Below are positions 17,216-27,956 of a stretch of 64,000 bases of DNA, piece after piece. The stretch comes from a virus (lineage: Duplodnaviria; Heunggongvirae; Uroviricota; Caudoviricetes). Each line of letters starts with the position of its first letter. Positions within the stretch are counted from its first letter, which is position 1. Below the pieces are notes generated by a model. It saw nothing but the letters and a program-made list of their open reading frames with translations. It was not told the origin of the DNA and did no database searches. Where the stretch lies: IMG/VR virus record IMGVR_UViG_3300005077_000002, positions 64,001 through 128,000 of that record, one strand, 5' to 3'. Made by a program: the position numbers and the translations under genes.

Positions 17216-18220
17216 TTGGATAGCAACAAAATAGACTATATTATCACTCACACGGATCTGGATGGTGTTGTTGCCGGCGTTGTACTTTACCAGGGATTGT
17301 TTGCACAAACTGGTAGTATGCCGGTTGTTAAATTTGTTAATTACGGTGAAACCAAGGAAGTGTTAAACCAGTTATTAACTGTTAAGGAAACGATAAACCG
17401 GATATACTTCACGGATATTACCCCGGAATCGATGGCTGAGTTAGAAGGGTTCAAACCTAAAACAGTTGTTATACTTGATCATCATAAAAGCGGCCTGGAT
17501 CAGGTGGATGTAACACATGAAGTTATTCATTCAGCAGTATTCGACCTGGATGGTAAAAATTCAGCAGCAATGGTAGCTTTTAATTACATTCGCTATATGT
17601 TTACAGATGACACTCTGACATTTCTTGAGTTGAGGAATCTGGCTATGATTGCTTCAGACTGGGATCTTCGGATTCATTCTGATCCTTTGTCAAAATACTT
17701 CGGCATGGCTTCATATATAATGCAGCCTGAGAAGTTGTTTTCATTGCTCACGACGACTACACTTCAAAATGTAATACCTATTGTGAAACAGGTAGCTGAA
17801 GCAGCTCAGACTCAATTTGATAGGTCTAATGATTTATTCAATAGAACTAAAAAGAGATCTTTGATCAAGTATGGTGTAGGTGACCAGGAGCGTATTTTCA
17901 ATCTGATCACAGGTGTGTGCTTCGGATTTTCATCCATGGTGTGTGACCAGTATACAGATAAAAACGTGGTGATTGTATATGATCTGAATGATGATAGATT
18001 TCATTTGCGCACAAAAATGGATGGTATCAATCTACGTGAAATTGCAAAAACACTTTCAGAGAATGGTACCGGTGGTGGCTTCACAGATAAAGTAGCCGGC
18101 TGTGGAAATAAAAATACAACAGAAATATTACTGACTGTCATACAGGAATATATCGTTATATCCATTTTGCACATTACGGGAAATAATATTTTAAATTCCA
18201 CACTTCGCTCTGCAATCTGA
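17216..18220 (+). CDS. DHH-family phosphoesterase
   Basis: TTG start after GGAGG. ITHTDLDG, YFTDI, ILDHHKS; C-terminal GTGGG segment resembles DHHA1. Confidence 0.82.
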   Translation: MDSNKIDYIITHTDLDGVVAGVVLYQGLFAQTGSMPVVKFVNYGETKEVLNQLLTVKETINRIYFTDITPESMAELEGFKPKTVVILDHHKSGLDQVDVTHEVIHSAVFDLDGKNSAAMVAFNYIRYMFTDDTLTFLELRNLAMIASDWDLRIHSDPLSKYFGMASYIMQPEKLFSLLTTTTLQNVIPIVKQVAEAAQTQFDRSNDLFNRTKKRSLIKYGVGDQERIFNLITGVCFGFSSMVCDQYTDKNVVIVYDLNDDRFHLRTKMDGINLREIAKTLSENGTGGGFTDKVAGCGNKNTTEILLTVIQEYIVISILHITGNNILNSTLRSAI

Positions 18221-18237
18221 TACCATTTTATTTACAT

Positions 18238-18281
18238 TAAAAAGCCCTATATAGTTAACACTGTATAGGGCTTTATTTTTT
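18238..18281. terminator. Bidirectional intrinsic terminator between the convergent gene blocks
   Basis: AAAGCCCTATA (18241-51) / TATAGGGCTTT (18264-74) with an A-run on the left and a T-run on the right. Confidence 0.88.
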
Positions 18282-18307
18282 ATTAGCTGGAACAAGGGGG
18301 CCGGGGA

Positions 18308-19240
18308 TTATAGCATCATATGGTATCTAGATATTGCTGGCGCTATATATTCATCGGCTCCTATATCGAAACTGGCTCTTGTCTGGCCGTCTATATCATC
18401 GGTGAAAGTAGCGGACATATCATAGCCGGCATTTATAGCTGCCGTGTCCGATGCTGCCAGATGGTAATTTTCTGAAGCTGCATTAACAAATGTGAGTGAA
18501 GCGGTTACAGGATTGTAACCAGGAGCATCAGAAGATATATCAGACAAATTGTTATAACTGTATCCATAGAAGCTTCCGAAGAAACCATCATCACAATCTT
18601 GGGTTATATTATTGTTGGCGGTTACTCTTCCAGAATCTGAAGTAATACCTATTTTACAGTTAACAAGTGTGTTATTATAAACCTTTGTTACGCCATAAAT
18701 TCCTGAATTTCTACTCGACTCACTGGATGTTATATTATAAATGAAATTATTGTAAGCTTGAATATTACTATAGTACCATGACGGAGAGTATATGCCCATT
18801 CCCCTGCCATACCCACTTACCAATGTTCTATCATGTATAATACATTTTTTTATAGTTATATACTTGCTGGCTGTTATGTTAATTCCATGGTAGGTAGTGG
18901 TACCGCTAGAACTACCCCAATCTCTGATTTCAATACCTTCTATGATTGCATCATTTGCTATGGACAAAACATGTCCGGAATTTGTTATTTGAACTCCGGC
19001 GCCAGGGATACCAAAATGCTCGCAACCGGCCGCCGGAGCAATCCACCAGTAACGTGTGTCATCCGTAGTTGCCCCGGTCAATGATACAGCTTCACTAAAC
19101 ACGCTATCATCATACAGTTCTGCTTTCTGTATGACATCCTGGGTAACAAAATTACCAGCTTTAGCCGTGATCCATGCGCTTATAGTGGCATAATCGCGGC
19201 CCGCACCAGATCCAACAGATGATATTACAATTGTTGCCAT
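18308..19240 (-). CDS. Right-handed beta-helix (pectin-lyase-like) virion/tailspike-type protein
   Basis: Repeating N/I ladders (IEGIEI, CIIHD, YNNFIYN, YNNTLVN) and C-terminal NYHL...AINAG...DIDGQTR..FDIGADE. Confidence 0.7.
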   Translation of the reverse strand: MATIVISSVGSGAGRDYATISAWITAKAGNFVTQDVIQKAELYDDSVFSEAVSLTGATTDDTRYWWIAPAAGCEHFGIPGAGVQITNSGHVLSIANDAIIEGIEIRDWGSSSGTTTYHGINITASKYITIKKCIIHDRTLVSGYGRGMGIYSPSWYYSNIQAYNNFIYNITSSESSRNSGIYGVTKVYNNTLVNCKIGITSDSGRVTANNNITQDCDDGFFGSFYGYSYNNLSDISSDAPGYNPVTASLTFVNAASENYHLAASDTAAINAGYDMSATFTDDIDGQTRASFDIGADEYIAPAISRYHMML

Positions 19241-22200
19241 TAGAATGTATATTCTACAAAGATTGTAAATGTCATATTCTTAGGTGTTCCATCAACTGCA
19301 GTAACAATCAGTTGAACCATGTCATTATTTGCCAGGGTTTGATCAGCTGGATCTGTAGTTCCTGTTGTTGTTGTAACAGATATACTGGTGAATCCGGTGA
19401 TATCCGTAGTACCATTCTTCTGAAGTTTAACTGTGGCGCTGGTACCACTATTAATGCGATGCATTGCCTTTATTATTTTAACCGTCTGGCCAGTTGGTAC
19501 AGATACAAAGAATGGTAAAATGTAGTCCGTGTCTCCTGATGGAACTTTAATTTCACCTGGTATCGCGTATGTATGTGGGATAACTACGGAATGAGTATGG
19601 TCATCTAGCGCTACGGCTGTTCCATTATGTTGCAGATTAGTGCTTACAATATTAATTGTTGAACCAGTCGGATCTATTTCTACATCACCTTGATCATTCA
19701 CCCTCACAGCAATACCTACACCGTAATCTGTTTGCTCGTTGGCAATGAATACTTCCGTTTCTTCACTTACAGTTTTGGCAATGTACATGTAGTGATTAGT
19801 TGGATCAGCGCTGAATTCAAGTTTTGCATGCTGATGGTTACCTGCGGAAACATCAGTTGCTCCTGTACCAAAGTTCTTATTGAATGCCGTATTCTTAGTA
19901 AATACAGGCTCATAGACACCGCTATGGGTATGATCAATGAGTGAATAAGTTTCATCGTGATCATGGACAAGTGGAGCATAATCGCTGTCGTGGTCATGGG
20001 TTATTGAAGCATATATGCTATGTGTATGATTTCCTTCGGACACTGTACCAAGAGATGTTCCAAAGTTTTTGTTAAATGCGGTGTTTTTAGAGAATGTTGG
20101 TTCATACACACCAGAGTGATCATGACCACTCAGTGCGAATGCACTGGCATGATTGCCATCCAGCAGATCAGCGTCCAAACCTGAGCTGGCACCGTCATTA
20201 CCGGCATGCCATATTTCATTGGTTGTGCCGGCCATAAGGGTATCACCTTCAATACGCATGACTTCTATCATGGTACCGGATACTAATGTATACAACGATA
20301 TTCTGCCTGTGTTCGTGTCGTTGCCTACCTGGGCCAGCATGGATGCATATTGTCTTGGCACATCTGATACATATCCCCACCAGTCAATTAAACCTAATCC
20401 ATCATCTACGGTGGTTGATCGAAGTGTCCAGAATTTTATACCACCTTGTCCTGAATAATTATGCAATGATAATAGAGGTTCAGTATTTCCTCTGGCGCCG
20501 GTTACTTGCAGGTAATTATCTTCGGTGGTTGTTCCTATGGTTACTGAATTTACTGTAGTCCACGATCCATCAGCATTTATTATTAGTGCTTCAACAGGTG
20601 TGCTGGCTGTTTGTGTTCTTATCTTTATTCTTGCAGTACTTAATCTGCTATCAATATAAGCCGTGTTAAGACTTGAATCACACCATATATCGAGCCCTTC
20701 AGTATCATCAGAATTTCGAAGAAACAGACCTGCATCAGATGAGGTTGAATTAGAGCTTATCTGTAGCAACCTAGATGCTGAGTTATTGTAGAAAGAGCTA
20801 GGTAGTGTGGTTCCAGGTGTCGTGGTGCCTATACCAAGATAGCTGGTGCTTTCATAAAGCAATGAATTACCCAATGAAGCTGTACCGGTAAATTTGGATA
20901 TATAGTTTGCTGTACCGCTACCGCTTATACCACCTCCTGCGCCAGGCGCGGCCTGTGGTTCCCACATATCCGTAGTATCATTCCATGTTAATACATATCC
21001 GTCTGTTGGTATTGCAGCGCTGACATCTGCCAATTCACCCAGGTTAGATCCTGTATGCAGAACAGATTGACCATCTATTAAGATGTATTCAGATACAGCC
21101 ATTGTACCTGTTATATCTAATGTTTCAGATGGTCCATAGTTATTAATACCAACTCTGCCATTTGCATCTATTCTAAATACTTCAGAAACCGTACTGTTGT
21201 AAGTGGTAAATATTCTTATTGGCGTATTGTTTTCATAGCTTATGAGACCTAAATATGGGCCACTGGCTCCAGCATATATCAATGCACCTTTAGTGTCTGT
21301 ATTGTTATCACCGAGTGATATTTTTACGTCTGAATCGTTGGTGGTTGCTTTTAAGTACAAACTGGTTGTGTTTGAGCCAGTTATTCTTGCGTTGCCAACG
21401 ACTTCAAGTGCTTCACTTGGTGTTGCTGTATTAACGCCAACACGGTTGTTTGCAAGATCGATGTCAAATGTGCGATTGCTGCCGTTATACCCTGCAAAGG
21501 CTATATTGGCTATTGTGCCAGTTCTGTCATTCGTGTATCCTTCTAACCACAGTGTGTTTGTGGAACTGGCCATACGAAGCACAGCATGAGCCATTCCAAG
21601 ATATATGAGACTACTGTTTGTGATATCCAGTAAGGCTCCTGACTCAGGGGTGCAATTTATGCCAATTTCACCTGTTCCACGAACTTTGAATTTGGACGTA
21701 CCGCCAACCTGACAATCGAGCAGGTTATGTGTTGCACTATTAAGATTTGTTTCTGTTGCGGTTATCTTTAGACCAGTAACTATGCTGGAAGTTTGAGCAG
21801 CAGAATTGTTTATAATGTATTGCAATTTAAATACATCAGGTGTCCACGATCCGGCCGGCAGTACTACTTGAGTGGCTGAAAGTGCGGTTGATATTGTTGA
21901 ATATCCTGGATTGCTGTTATCAATCGTATTTGATATAAGCGCGACTTGACCGTAACCATAGCCATGGCCCTGGAACTGAATTCCGCCGCCAACATCTGAA
22001 GCCAGCTTAAACACTTCTCCGGAAAGTATACTTTTTGATGTGCTAGTCAGCTTTATATTACCATTTACTTCTAGTACTTCAGTTGGCATATTGGACTCAG
22101 TTAGACCTATTCCAAGCCGGCTGTGTATGGTTGGATACTGCGATATATTTGTAGTACCTGCTTCTTCAGTGGTAATAATGGAATCTTTTAGATTTGTAAT

Positions 22201-23514
22201 ATCTGATGCAGAACCAGCTATATCCATTCTTATTGTAAATGAGCGGCTGCCGGCAGTTGAGTTAAGTGGTATACGCAGTTTGCCGTCAGTAATTATAGGG
22301 TCACCGATCGTTAACGAGCTGGCTATATTACCAATTGCATGTGTAATTTCAGATTTTACCTGGTTAAGTGTTCCTGAATCATTTATGATGATAGCGAATA
22401 TACGTTCTTTTATACCACTTGAACTGGTTGATCCATTTGATCCGAATGCAGTAACTCTTATAACGAAATTTGACCAGGCAAGTGGAATACTGGTAGAGAA
22501 TTCTATATATCTGACCATTCCTGATGTGGAAAACGTTACTCCATCAAAGTATTTGGTCATATTATAGACGCCGCGGGTTATAACCCCGTCATTTTGTACA
22601 ACGAGTGATTTATAAAATGTAATGGGATCACCAGTTGTACCTGCTACAGCATGGTACATAGCTAAATGACCGTTCGTCATATCAAGTCTGGTAACCGTAT
22701 CATTATAGCGATATCTAAATGTACTACCGTCTATATAAAATCCGTCACCAAGCTGTGCGTATCCATTATAGGTATTACCTATTGTAATACGTCCAAGTCG
22801 TGCCGCGTCATTATTGCCACTTGAATTATTTCTGGTTGCAACTTCCAGCCTTGATATAGGTCCTGAAGTTCCTATTCCAACAGCACCTCCAGTAACACGT
22901 AATGTTTCTCCTGCAGATGAATACAGAGTCGTATAACCTGATGCGTTATATGATCCTATTTTAGTTTCAGCAGATTCGGAATTTGTAAATGTAGATGCAT
23001 ATACAATACCACTACCACCACCAGCATATATGACACCGCTTGCCGAGAATGAATTAGGGGTATATAAAGTGTTTGCAGCAATACGATATAGGTTAACATC
23101 AGTTCCGAATTGTATGCCGCTGGCCAGATCTGTTGGGCTGCCGGATCCTATCTGTAAAGCTACGCTCGGGCTATCACTATTATTAATGGATAACCCGGTA
23201 CTTGTCAGAACCATTTCAGTTACACCGCCGATATCAAATATAATGGAATCAACAGCACTTAGAGTTTGAAGTTGTTCTATATTTACGGTGTCGCCCGGGT
23301 TGCCTATTGTAAGGATTGAACTTGTACCACCTATGGTATGTGTGTTACCAAGGAATGTCAAATTGCTGCCAGATTGAATGCCAACTCCACCTGAGCCGCC
23401 ACCTGTTATAGACAGGCTCTGACCAACTTGCTGTATTGTAGACTGGTAATCATTGCCATCACTGAACAAACGAATAAGTTTTCCGTCAGGCAAATAAAGT
23501 TCTAATGCTGCCAT
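19240..23514 (-). CDS. Long tail fibre protein (1424 aa)
   Basis: About six (R/V)GI(G/N)T..P...L(E/D)V modules, DGYVLTWNDTTDMWEP, GLDADLLDG and HxH repeats. Confidence 0.82.
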   Translation of the reverse strand: MAALELYLPDGKLIRLFSDGNDYQSTIQQVGQSLSITGGGSGGVGIQSGSNLTFLGNTHTIGGTSSILTIGNPGDTVNIEQLQTLSAVDSIIFDIGGVTEMVLTSTGLSINNSDSPSVALQIGSGSPTDLASGIQFGTDVNLYRIAANTLYTPNSFSASGVIYAGGGSGIVYASTFTNSESAETKIGSYNASGYTTLYSSAGETLRVTGGAVGIGTSGPISRLEVATRNNSSGNNDAARLGRITIGNTYNGYAQLGDGFYIDGSTFRYRYNDTVTRLDMTNGHLAMYHAVAGTTGDPITFYKSLVVQNDGVITRGVYNMTKYFDGVTFSTSGMVRYIEFSTSIPLAWSNFVIRVTAFGSNGSTSSSGIKERIFAIIINDSGTLNQVKSEITHAIGNIASSLTIGDPIITDGKLRIPLNSTAGSRSFTIRMDIAGSASDITNLKDSIITTEEAGTTNISQYPTIHSRLGIGLTESNMPTEVLEVNGNIKLTSTSKSILSGEVFKLASDVGGGIQFQGHGYGYGQVALISNTIDNSNPGYSTISTALSATQVVLPAGSWTPDVFKLQYIINNSAAQTSSIVTGLKITATETNLNSATHNLLDCQVGGTSKFKVRGTGEIGINCTPESGALLDITNSSLIYLGMAHAVLRMASSTNTLWLEGYTNDRTGTIANIAFAGYNGSNRTFDIDLANNRVGVNTATPSEALEVVGNARITGSNTTSLYLKATTNDSDVKISLGDNNTDTKGALIYAGASGPYLGLISYENNTPIRIFTTYNSTVSEVFRIDANGRVGINNYGPSETLDITGTMAVSEYILIDGQSVLHTGSNLGELADVSAAIPTDGYVLTWNDTTDMWEPQAAPGAGGGISGSGTANYISKFTGTASLGNSLLYESTSYLGIGTTTPGTTLPSSFYNNSASRLLQISSNSTSSDAGLFLRNSDDTEGLDIWCDSSLNTAYIDSRLSTARIKIRTQTASTPVEALIINADGSWTTVNSVTIGTTTEDNYLQVTGARGNTEPLLSLHNYSGQGGIKFWTLRSTTVDDGLGLIDWWGYVSDVPRQYASMLAQVGNDTNTGRISLYTLVSGTMIEVMRIEGDTLMAGTTNEIWHAGNDGASSGLDADLLDGNHASAFALSGHDHSGVYEPTFSKNTAFNKNFGTSLGTVSEGNHTHSIYASITHDHDSDYAPLVHDHDETYSLIDHTHSGVYEPVFTKNTAFNKNFGTGATDVSAGNHQHAKLEFSADPTNHYMYIAKTVSEETEVFIANEQTDYGVGIAVRVNDQGDVEIDPTGSTINIVSTNLQHNGTAVALDDHTHSVVIPHTYAIPGEIKVPSGDTDYILPFFVSVPTGQTVKIIKAMHRINSGTSATVKLQKNGTTDITGFTSISVTTTTGTTDPADQTLANNDMVQLIVTAVDGTPKNMTFTIFVEYTF
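19864..20124 (-). repeat. Internal 23-codon duplication in the tail fibre
   Basis: HDHSGVYEPTFSKNTAFNKNFGT (20056-20124) versus HTHSGVYEPVFTKNTAFNKNFGT (19864-19932): 20/23 aa identical, with many synonymous differences. Confidence 0.9.
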
Positions 23515-23540
23515 TTATAGATTCCTACTGTGACTAATCA

Positions 23541-25901
23541 TTATAATGTTATTCCACCACCTAGCAAAACGCTGTAATTATCCTGACCAGATTCTTCAAG
23601 ACCAAACTTTAGGTTAAGTCCATAGGCTATAGCCAGATTTTTGTCATCTGTAACTACAACTATTCTTGGATCGACCCAGAATATTCCGCCAATAGTACTG
23701 CCAGATACTCCGGAGAATCCGAATCCGACATAATCTTTTATGGTTGGCGTGAATATTAGTGTGACAGGTGTCCAGAGATCATTTACATTATCCATTTCTT
23801 GAGTTTGTAGTAGTGATAACATACCGTTACTTTCCATGCCAAGAGCGTGTAATCGCGGTCTAAACGATCCATTATAAGAGCTGCTCTTACGCATATACGC
23901 TTTAACAGTATAAGTTGTGCCTGGATATACTAGCATTCTTTGTGTTAGATTGAGTGGTCTGCCGTTATAATTTAATATAGCTTTATAAGACCAACCATTG
24001 CCATTGTGTACAGATGTATCTTTTTCCATCCATCCACCAGCAGTATATATTTCGAAGTATCCTTTTATTCCGTTCAAATCCAGAAATACATGTCTGGTAG
24101 TAGTATCGCCATGATTAAATGGATTTGAATAATCTGAACTCCATCCAGTGTTTACAACACCAGGACTTTTACTTAAATCCTTGTAAATGTCTATAAACGT
24201 ATACATACCACCATAAGTGTATGATTGCCTATAAGCAAAATCTTCAAACACCCAGCGTCTTAAAATACCTTCCTGCGATGTTTTTGTCATCATATCAGTA
24301 TAAATTGGATTAGGAACATGTCTAAACAAAAGATCTGAGTAGGTAAATTTACCCTCTCCTGTTGCATATAAGGCTATTCCATACGTACCCATATTTACAT
24401 TTATACAATTATGTATCTTTGAAGAATAATAATTGGATTCAACTCGTATTCCTGTACTGTATAATCCTATACCAACTATTCCAGATACCATGGTGCCTTG
24501 GCTGCTAAGTGAAGACACAGATGAAAATGTGTGGTATACTACGGAATTACGTACACCTATTCCATAATGCATACTGTATGGAAATATGCCATTATAGTAT
24601 GTGTTCCATCCGTCTCTTACAACACATTTGTTCATTTCAACTTCATTACTTGAATTAGAAAAATCACCACGAAAGCATAATCCAGTGTAATACGTAGATC
24701 CTGAATTACCAAGATGACTAAACTCTACGTTACGCATAACAAGTTTGCGACCAGTTACAGAGGATCCCCCAGATATATAATATATGAAAAATCTATTATT
24801 ATCATCATTTGGATTAGTTGTTGTTACAATACAGTCTCGATTCGTTTTTGCCACTATATAATTCGAATACACAGTTCCAGTTAAATTGGTTGTGAAAGTA
24901 ATCTGGTTACCAGCTTTTGATTGTATCACTCCTTCAAATACGGATGTTGCATTTCGTGCATTGCCTTCTATGGCTAACCTATCGCCAATTTCCCACATGG
25001 TGGCATCTGCAACAGTGATAGTAGGCTGTCCGGATGCAGCATCGGCTGTTAGTACAGAACAAAGTTTATAGACTTTACTCCCATTGACATGGTTTTTATA
25101 TGCTCCGGCTTCATATAAACTAACACCAGCATCATGATCGTGTTCTGAACCATCAGTAAATATTACCCGGCTTAGTGATTCATCTATGCTGCTTACAGTA
25201 TACGAGTCGTTTTCAATAAACAATTTCATTCCAGGCTGGAATCTTCTACATTCGTCAACAACAGCATAGTTCTGGTCAATGGATATATTTTCAGTTAATG
25301 TAGCATATGCTCCAACCATGCGTCTAATATAAATACCGTTGCTGCTGATGTGATTTATTATAAACACTTCATCAGAATGGAAATTAGAATCAGTCCACGT
25401 CCACGATGACTGTCCGGATGCATCATAGTAAACGCTTATATACTCACCTGCAGCGAATCCTGTGATGTTATTAACAAGTAGAACATTATCACCAGGATCT
25501 ACCTCAGTAGTCAAATATGTCTCAGGATTTGCCAATGATCCATTCATAATGAGTTGACAATTTGATACGGAACCAGATGCAACAAGTCCTGCTGCTTGGC
25601 CAGCAGTAGAACTTGTTTTGCTTGTAGCCTGAAATAGTAATGTTGATCTTGGCACCATTTCATATTTACCGTTGACGGTAAGAAAATTAGCACATATGAT
25701 TTGCGTATCTATACCTGATTGGTGTATAAGTGATCCACCGCTATTTACCGTTATAGGTCCATAGATTGTCGAAAACACATTATCGATGGTAACTATATGT
25801 GGGCTTGCCACGATGACGGTATCACCTGCTACTGGCGCAGTGCCACCCCACGTGGACGCGTTGGACCAATTTCCTGATTGTGTACTTGTTCTGGTTGCCA
25901 T
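23541..25901 (-). CDS. Tailspike/depolymerase-like protein (G8-like N-terminus, beta-helix, CBM-like C-terminus)
   Basis: SGNWSNASTWGG..PVAGDTV; three T.L....G...(L/I).V....(F/W)..G(D/E) modules; beta-helix ladders; LVYPGTTYTVKAYMR...WTPVTLIFTP jelly roll. Confidence 0.65.
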   Translation of the reverse strand: MATRTSTQSGNWSNASTWGGTAPVAGDTVIVASPHIVTIDNVFSTIYGPITVNSGGSLIHQSGIDTQIICANFLTVNGKYEMVPRSTLLFQATSKTSSTAGQAAGLVASGSVSNCQLIMNGSLANPETYLTTEVDPGDNVLLVNNITGFAAGEYISVYYDASGQSSWTWTDSNFHSDEVFIINHISSNGIYIRRMVGAYATLTENISIDQNYAVVDECRRFQPGMKLFIENDSYTVSSIDESLSRVIFTDGSEHDHDAGVSLYEAGAYKNHVNGSKVYKLCSVLTADAASGQPTITVADATMWEIGDRLAIEGNARNATSVFEGVIQSKAGNQITFTTNLTGTVYSNYIVAKTNRDCIVTTTNPNDDNNRFFIYYISGGSSVTGRKLVMRNVEFSHLGNSGSTYYTGLCFRGDFSNSSNEVEMNKCVVRDGWNTYYNGIFPYSMHYGIGVRNSVVYHTFSSVSSLSSQGTMVSGIVGIGLYSTGIRVESNYYSSKIHNCINVNMGTYGIALYATGEGKFTYSDLLFRHVPNPIYTDMMTKTSQEGILRRWVFEDFAYRQSYTYGGMYTFIDIYKDLSKSPGVVNTGWSSDYSNPFNHGDTTTRHVFLDLNGIKGYFEIYTAGGWMEKDTSVHNGNGWSYKAILNYNGRPLNLTQRMLVYPGTTYTVKAYMRKSSSYNGSFRPRLHALGMESNGMLSLLQTQEMDNVNDLWTPVTLIFTPTIKDYVGFGFSGVSGSTIGGIFWVDPRIVVVTDDKNLAIAYGLNLKFGLEESGQDNYSVLLGGGITL

Positions 25902-27946
25902 TATCCAAATATCTGAAATAGTATTTTAGTGTTGGCCGGAAGATCCATTGTAAACGTTACGGCTGTTGTACTGGACTCCGTGTAATCATCCGTGATATAC
26001 TGCAATAAACCGTTCACGAATACGAGTAATTTGTTTGCGCCGACCGTGTAAGTTCTTGAGTTAGGAATGGTCACGGCTGTACCGGCAACTACCTCTGTAG
26101 ACAGGGTTGTTACTTCTCTGTAAAAAGTTGAAGTAATTGGTGAACCACCGACCGTGATGGCTGTGCAATTGAGACTGCCGTTAATATTTACTTTATAACC
26201 ACTAAGACTGGTGGTGCCAATGGCCAGTCCACCATTAAAATAATTTATTGCTGTAGATTCAGGCTGGTATATTCCATACAGATTTGTTATTGTGCCTGAT
26301 CCGCTTTTAGCTGATATGTATAAACCATAATAGTTGGTGAGTGTTTTTGTGGCTGGCAAATCAACCAATGTACGCAGACCGTAGGCGTTTGGGATAGTTA
26401 TACCGCTTTCATACGTGCCGGTCATTGTAATTTCACTTTGAACACCTATTAAAGATGTACTTGGGTTATTATAAATACTATATTCATGACTGGCTTTACC
26501 AACAACACCAATGGCTTGCTGCCCATAACCACCGTACTTTACAGCTTCACCAACAACACCATATGAATAGGAATTAGATGCCGGGTACGATTTGGTGTAG
26601 AATTTACCACCATACTGCTTAGCTTCGTTTTGATTGGACACATATTGGTGATTTACATTTATACCATATGTATCAACTAGAGATGCTATGGTACTGGTTG
26701 TCTCTAATTTTATACCATTAGTACTACGATATCCATTACTGTCTTTAATGGTTACTAAAGCTGATATGTCTTCGGTACCAATGCCAATAAAAGCATTGCT
26801 GAATATTATTTGTTCATTTGTTACATCTATGTCAATTTGTGTTCCAGTAGAGGTTTCATTGGTATCGCCAATAAAAACATGACTGATGGCCTGCAGTGTT
26901 ACTATACCAGAGTCAAGAGACATATTAAGGAAACCATTGCCCTCATTAAGACCCCATATGAATTCACCATTACCAACTCTCAGATATTCACCAAAACCAC
27001 TTCCACCGAAAACATTCAGCGCGTGTGTAGTGCTGGTCGTATTTATACCAACCCGTACATCAGTATCTTCAGATATATAAAGAGCAGTGCCGGCACCATT
27101 TTCAACAGCGAAGGAATAATTAGCTGGTACGATTACTCTAAATGGTTCTGTGTCATCATAACCTAGTTGAAACCCTGCCATATCACCAGATTCATTTTCC
27201 AGAATCATGGTTACAACCTGGCCGGTATTCTTATTCTTTAAATGCAGCATACTCTGCGGATTTACCTGATTTACCCCAACAAACCCATATTGCTGACTGA
27301 CCGTAAGATTATAATGCCAGGTAGCACCGACGGTGTTATATGACATCAGATTCCAGTATTTGTTATTAATCCCGGATATGTCATTGCAGGATAGTTTAAA
27401 TCCGTTATTACTGTCTAGTACGGATACTAATTCTGTGGTATGTGCTGTTCCGCCTATGGTGTGCACACCGCCAGAGGCAGTAAATTGGCCGCTGGCATCT
27501 ACTCCGAATTGCAGAACATCAGTGGATGTGACTAATTTGAGAGGATTTGCTGACTGTGCAGCAAGGGATTTTATAATAAGACCACTCTGGGTCGTGGACA
27601 AAGGTGTTATGGAAACTGTAGTATTTGGTACTACATAGATGCTGCCAACATTAAGCGTTAGCGCATCGATTAGTATGTTACCATCAGCCGGCCGTATATC
27701 AAGATATCCGCCTGTTTCCTCGCCTTCCAGATCTCCAAGTTGTAAGGAATCTGTTGCTGAGAAATGCATCGTACTTGATCCGAGATCAATATCAAAATAA
27801 GTTATGCCAGCATTATTCTTGAATACTAGCTTATCTTCACCTGCAGTAAGGTATGCACCACCTGAAACATACTGACTGGCATAAACATATAACCTGTCTA
27901 GTGCATTACCATTGCCATTAACATGAACATTCCCTATGAATTTCAC
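25901..27946 (-). CDS. Tail fibre protein
   Basis: GTG start; four GI(G/N)T-type modules; C-terminal LLVFVNGLLQ...DYTE module. Confidence 0.72.
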   Translation of the reverse strand: MKFIGNVHVNGNGNALDRLYVYASQYVSGGAYLTAGEDKLVFKNNAGITYFDIDLGSSTMHFSATDSLQLGDLEGEETGGYLDIRPADGNILIDALTLNVGSIYVVPNTTVSITPLSTTQSGLIIKSLAAQSANPLKLVTSTDVLQFGVDASGQFTASGGVHTIGGTAHTTELVSVLDSNNGFKLSCNDISGINNKYWNLMSYNTVGATWHYNLTVSQQYGFVGVNQVNPQSMLHLKNKNTGQVVTMILENESGDMAGFQLGYDDTEPFRVIVPANYSFAVENGAGTALYISEDTDVRVGINTTSTTHALNVFGGSGFGEYLRVGNGEFIWGLNEGNGFLNMSLDSGIVTLQAISHVFIGDTNETSTGTQIDIDVTNEQIIFSNAFIGIGTEDISALVTIKDSNGYRSTNGIKLETTSTIASLVDTYGINVNHQYVSNQNEAKQYGGKFYTKSYPASNSYSYGVVGEAVKYGGYGQQAIGVVGKASHEYSIYNNPSTSLIGVQSEITMTGTYESGITIPNAYGLRTLVDLPATKTLTNYYGLYISAKSGSGTITNLYGIYQPESTAINYFNGGLAIGTTSLSGYKVNINGSLNCTAITVGGSPITSTFYREVTTLSTEVVAGTAVTIPNSRTYTVGANKLLVFVNGLLQYITDDYTESSTTAVTFTMDLPANTKILFQIFG

Positions 27947-27956
27947 GGGATACCCT

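Noticed and set aside
22040-22567. 175-aa antisense ORF, and the many other opposite-strand ORFs such as 9390-9857, 30483-30851 and 58798-59190
   Set aside because: They lie wholly within well-supported genes on the other strand and lack RBSs or motifs; shadow ORFs.
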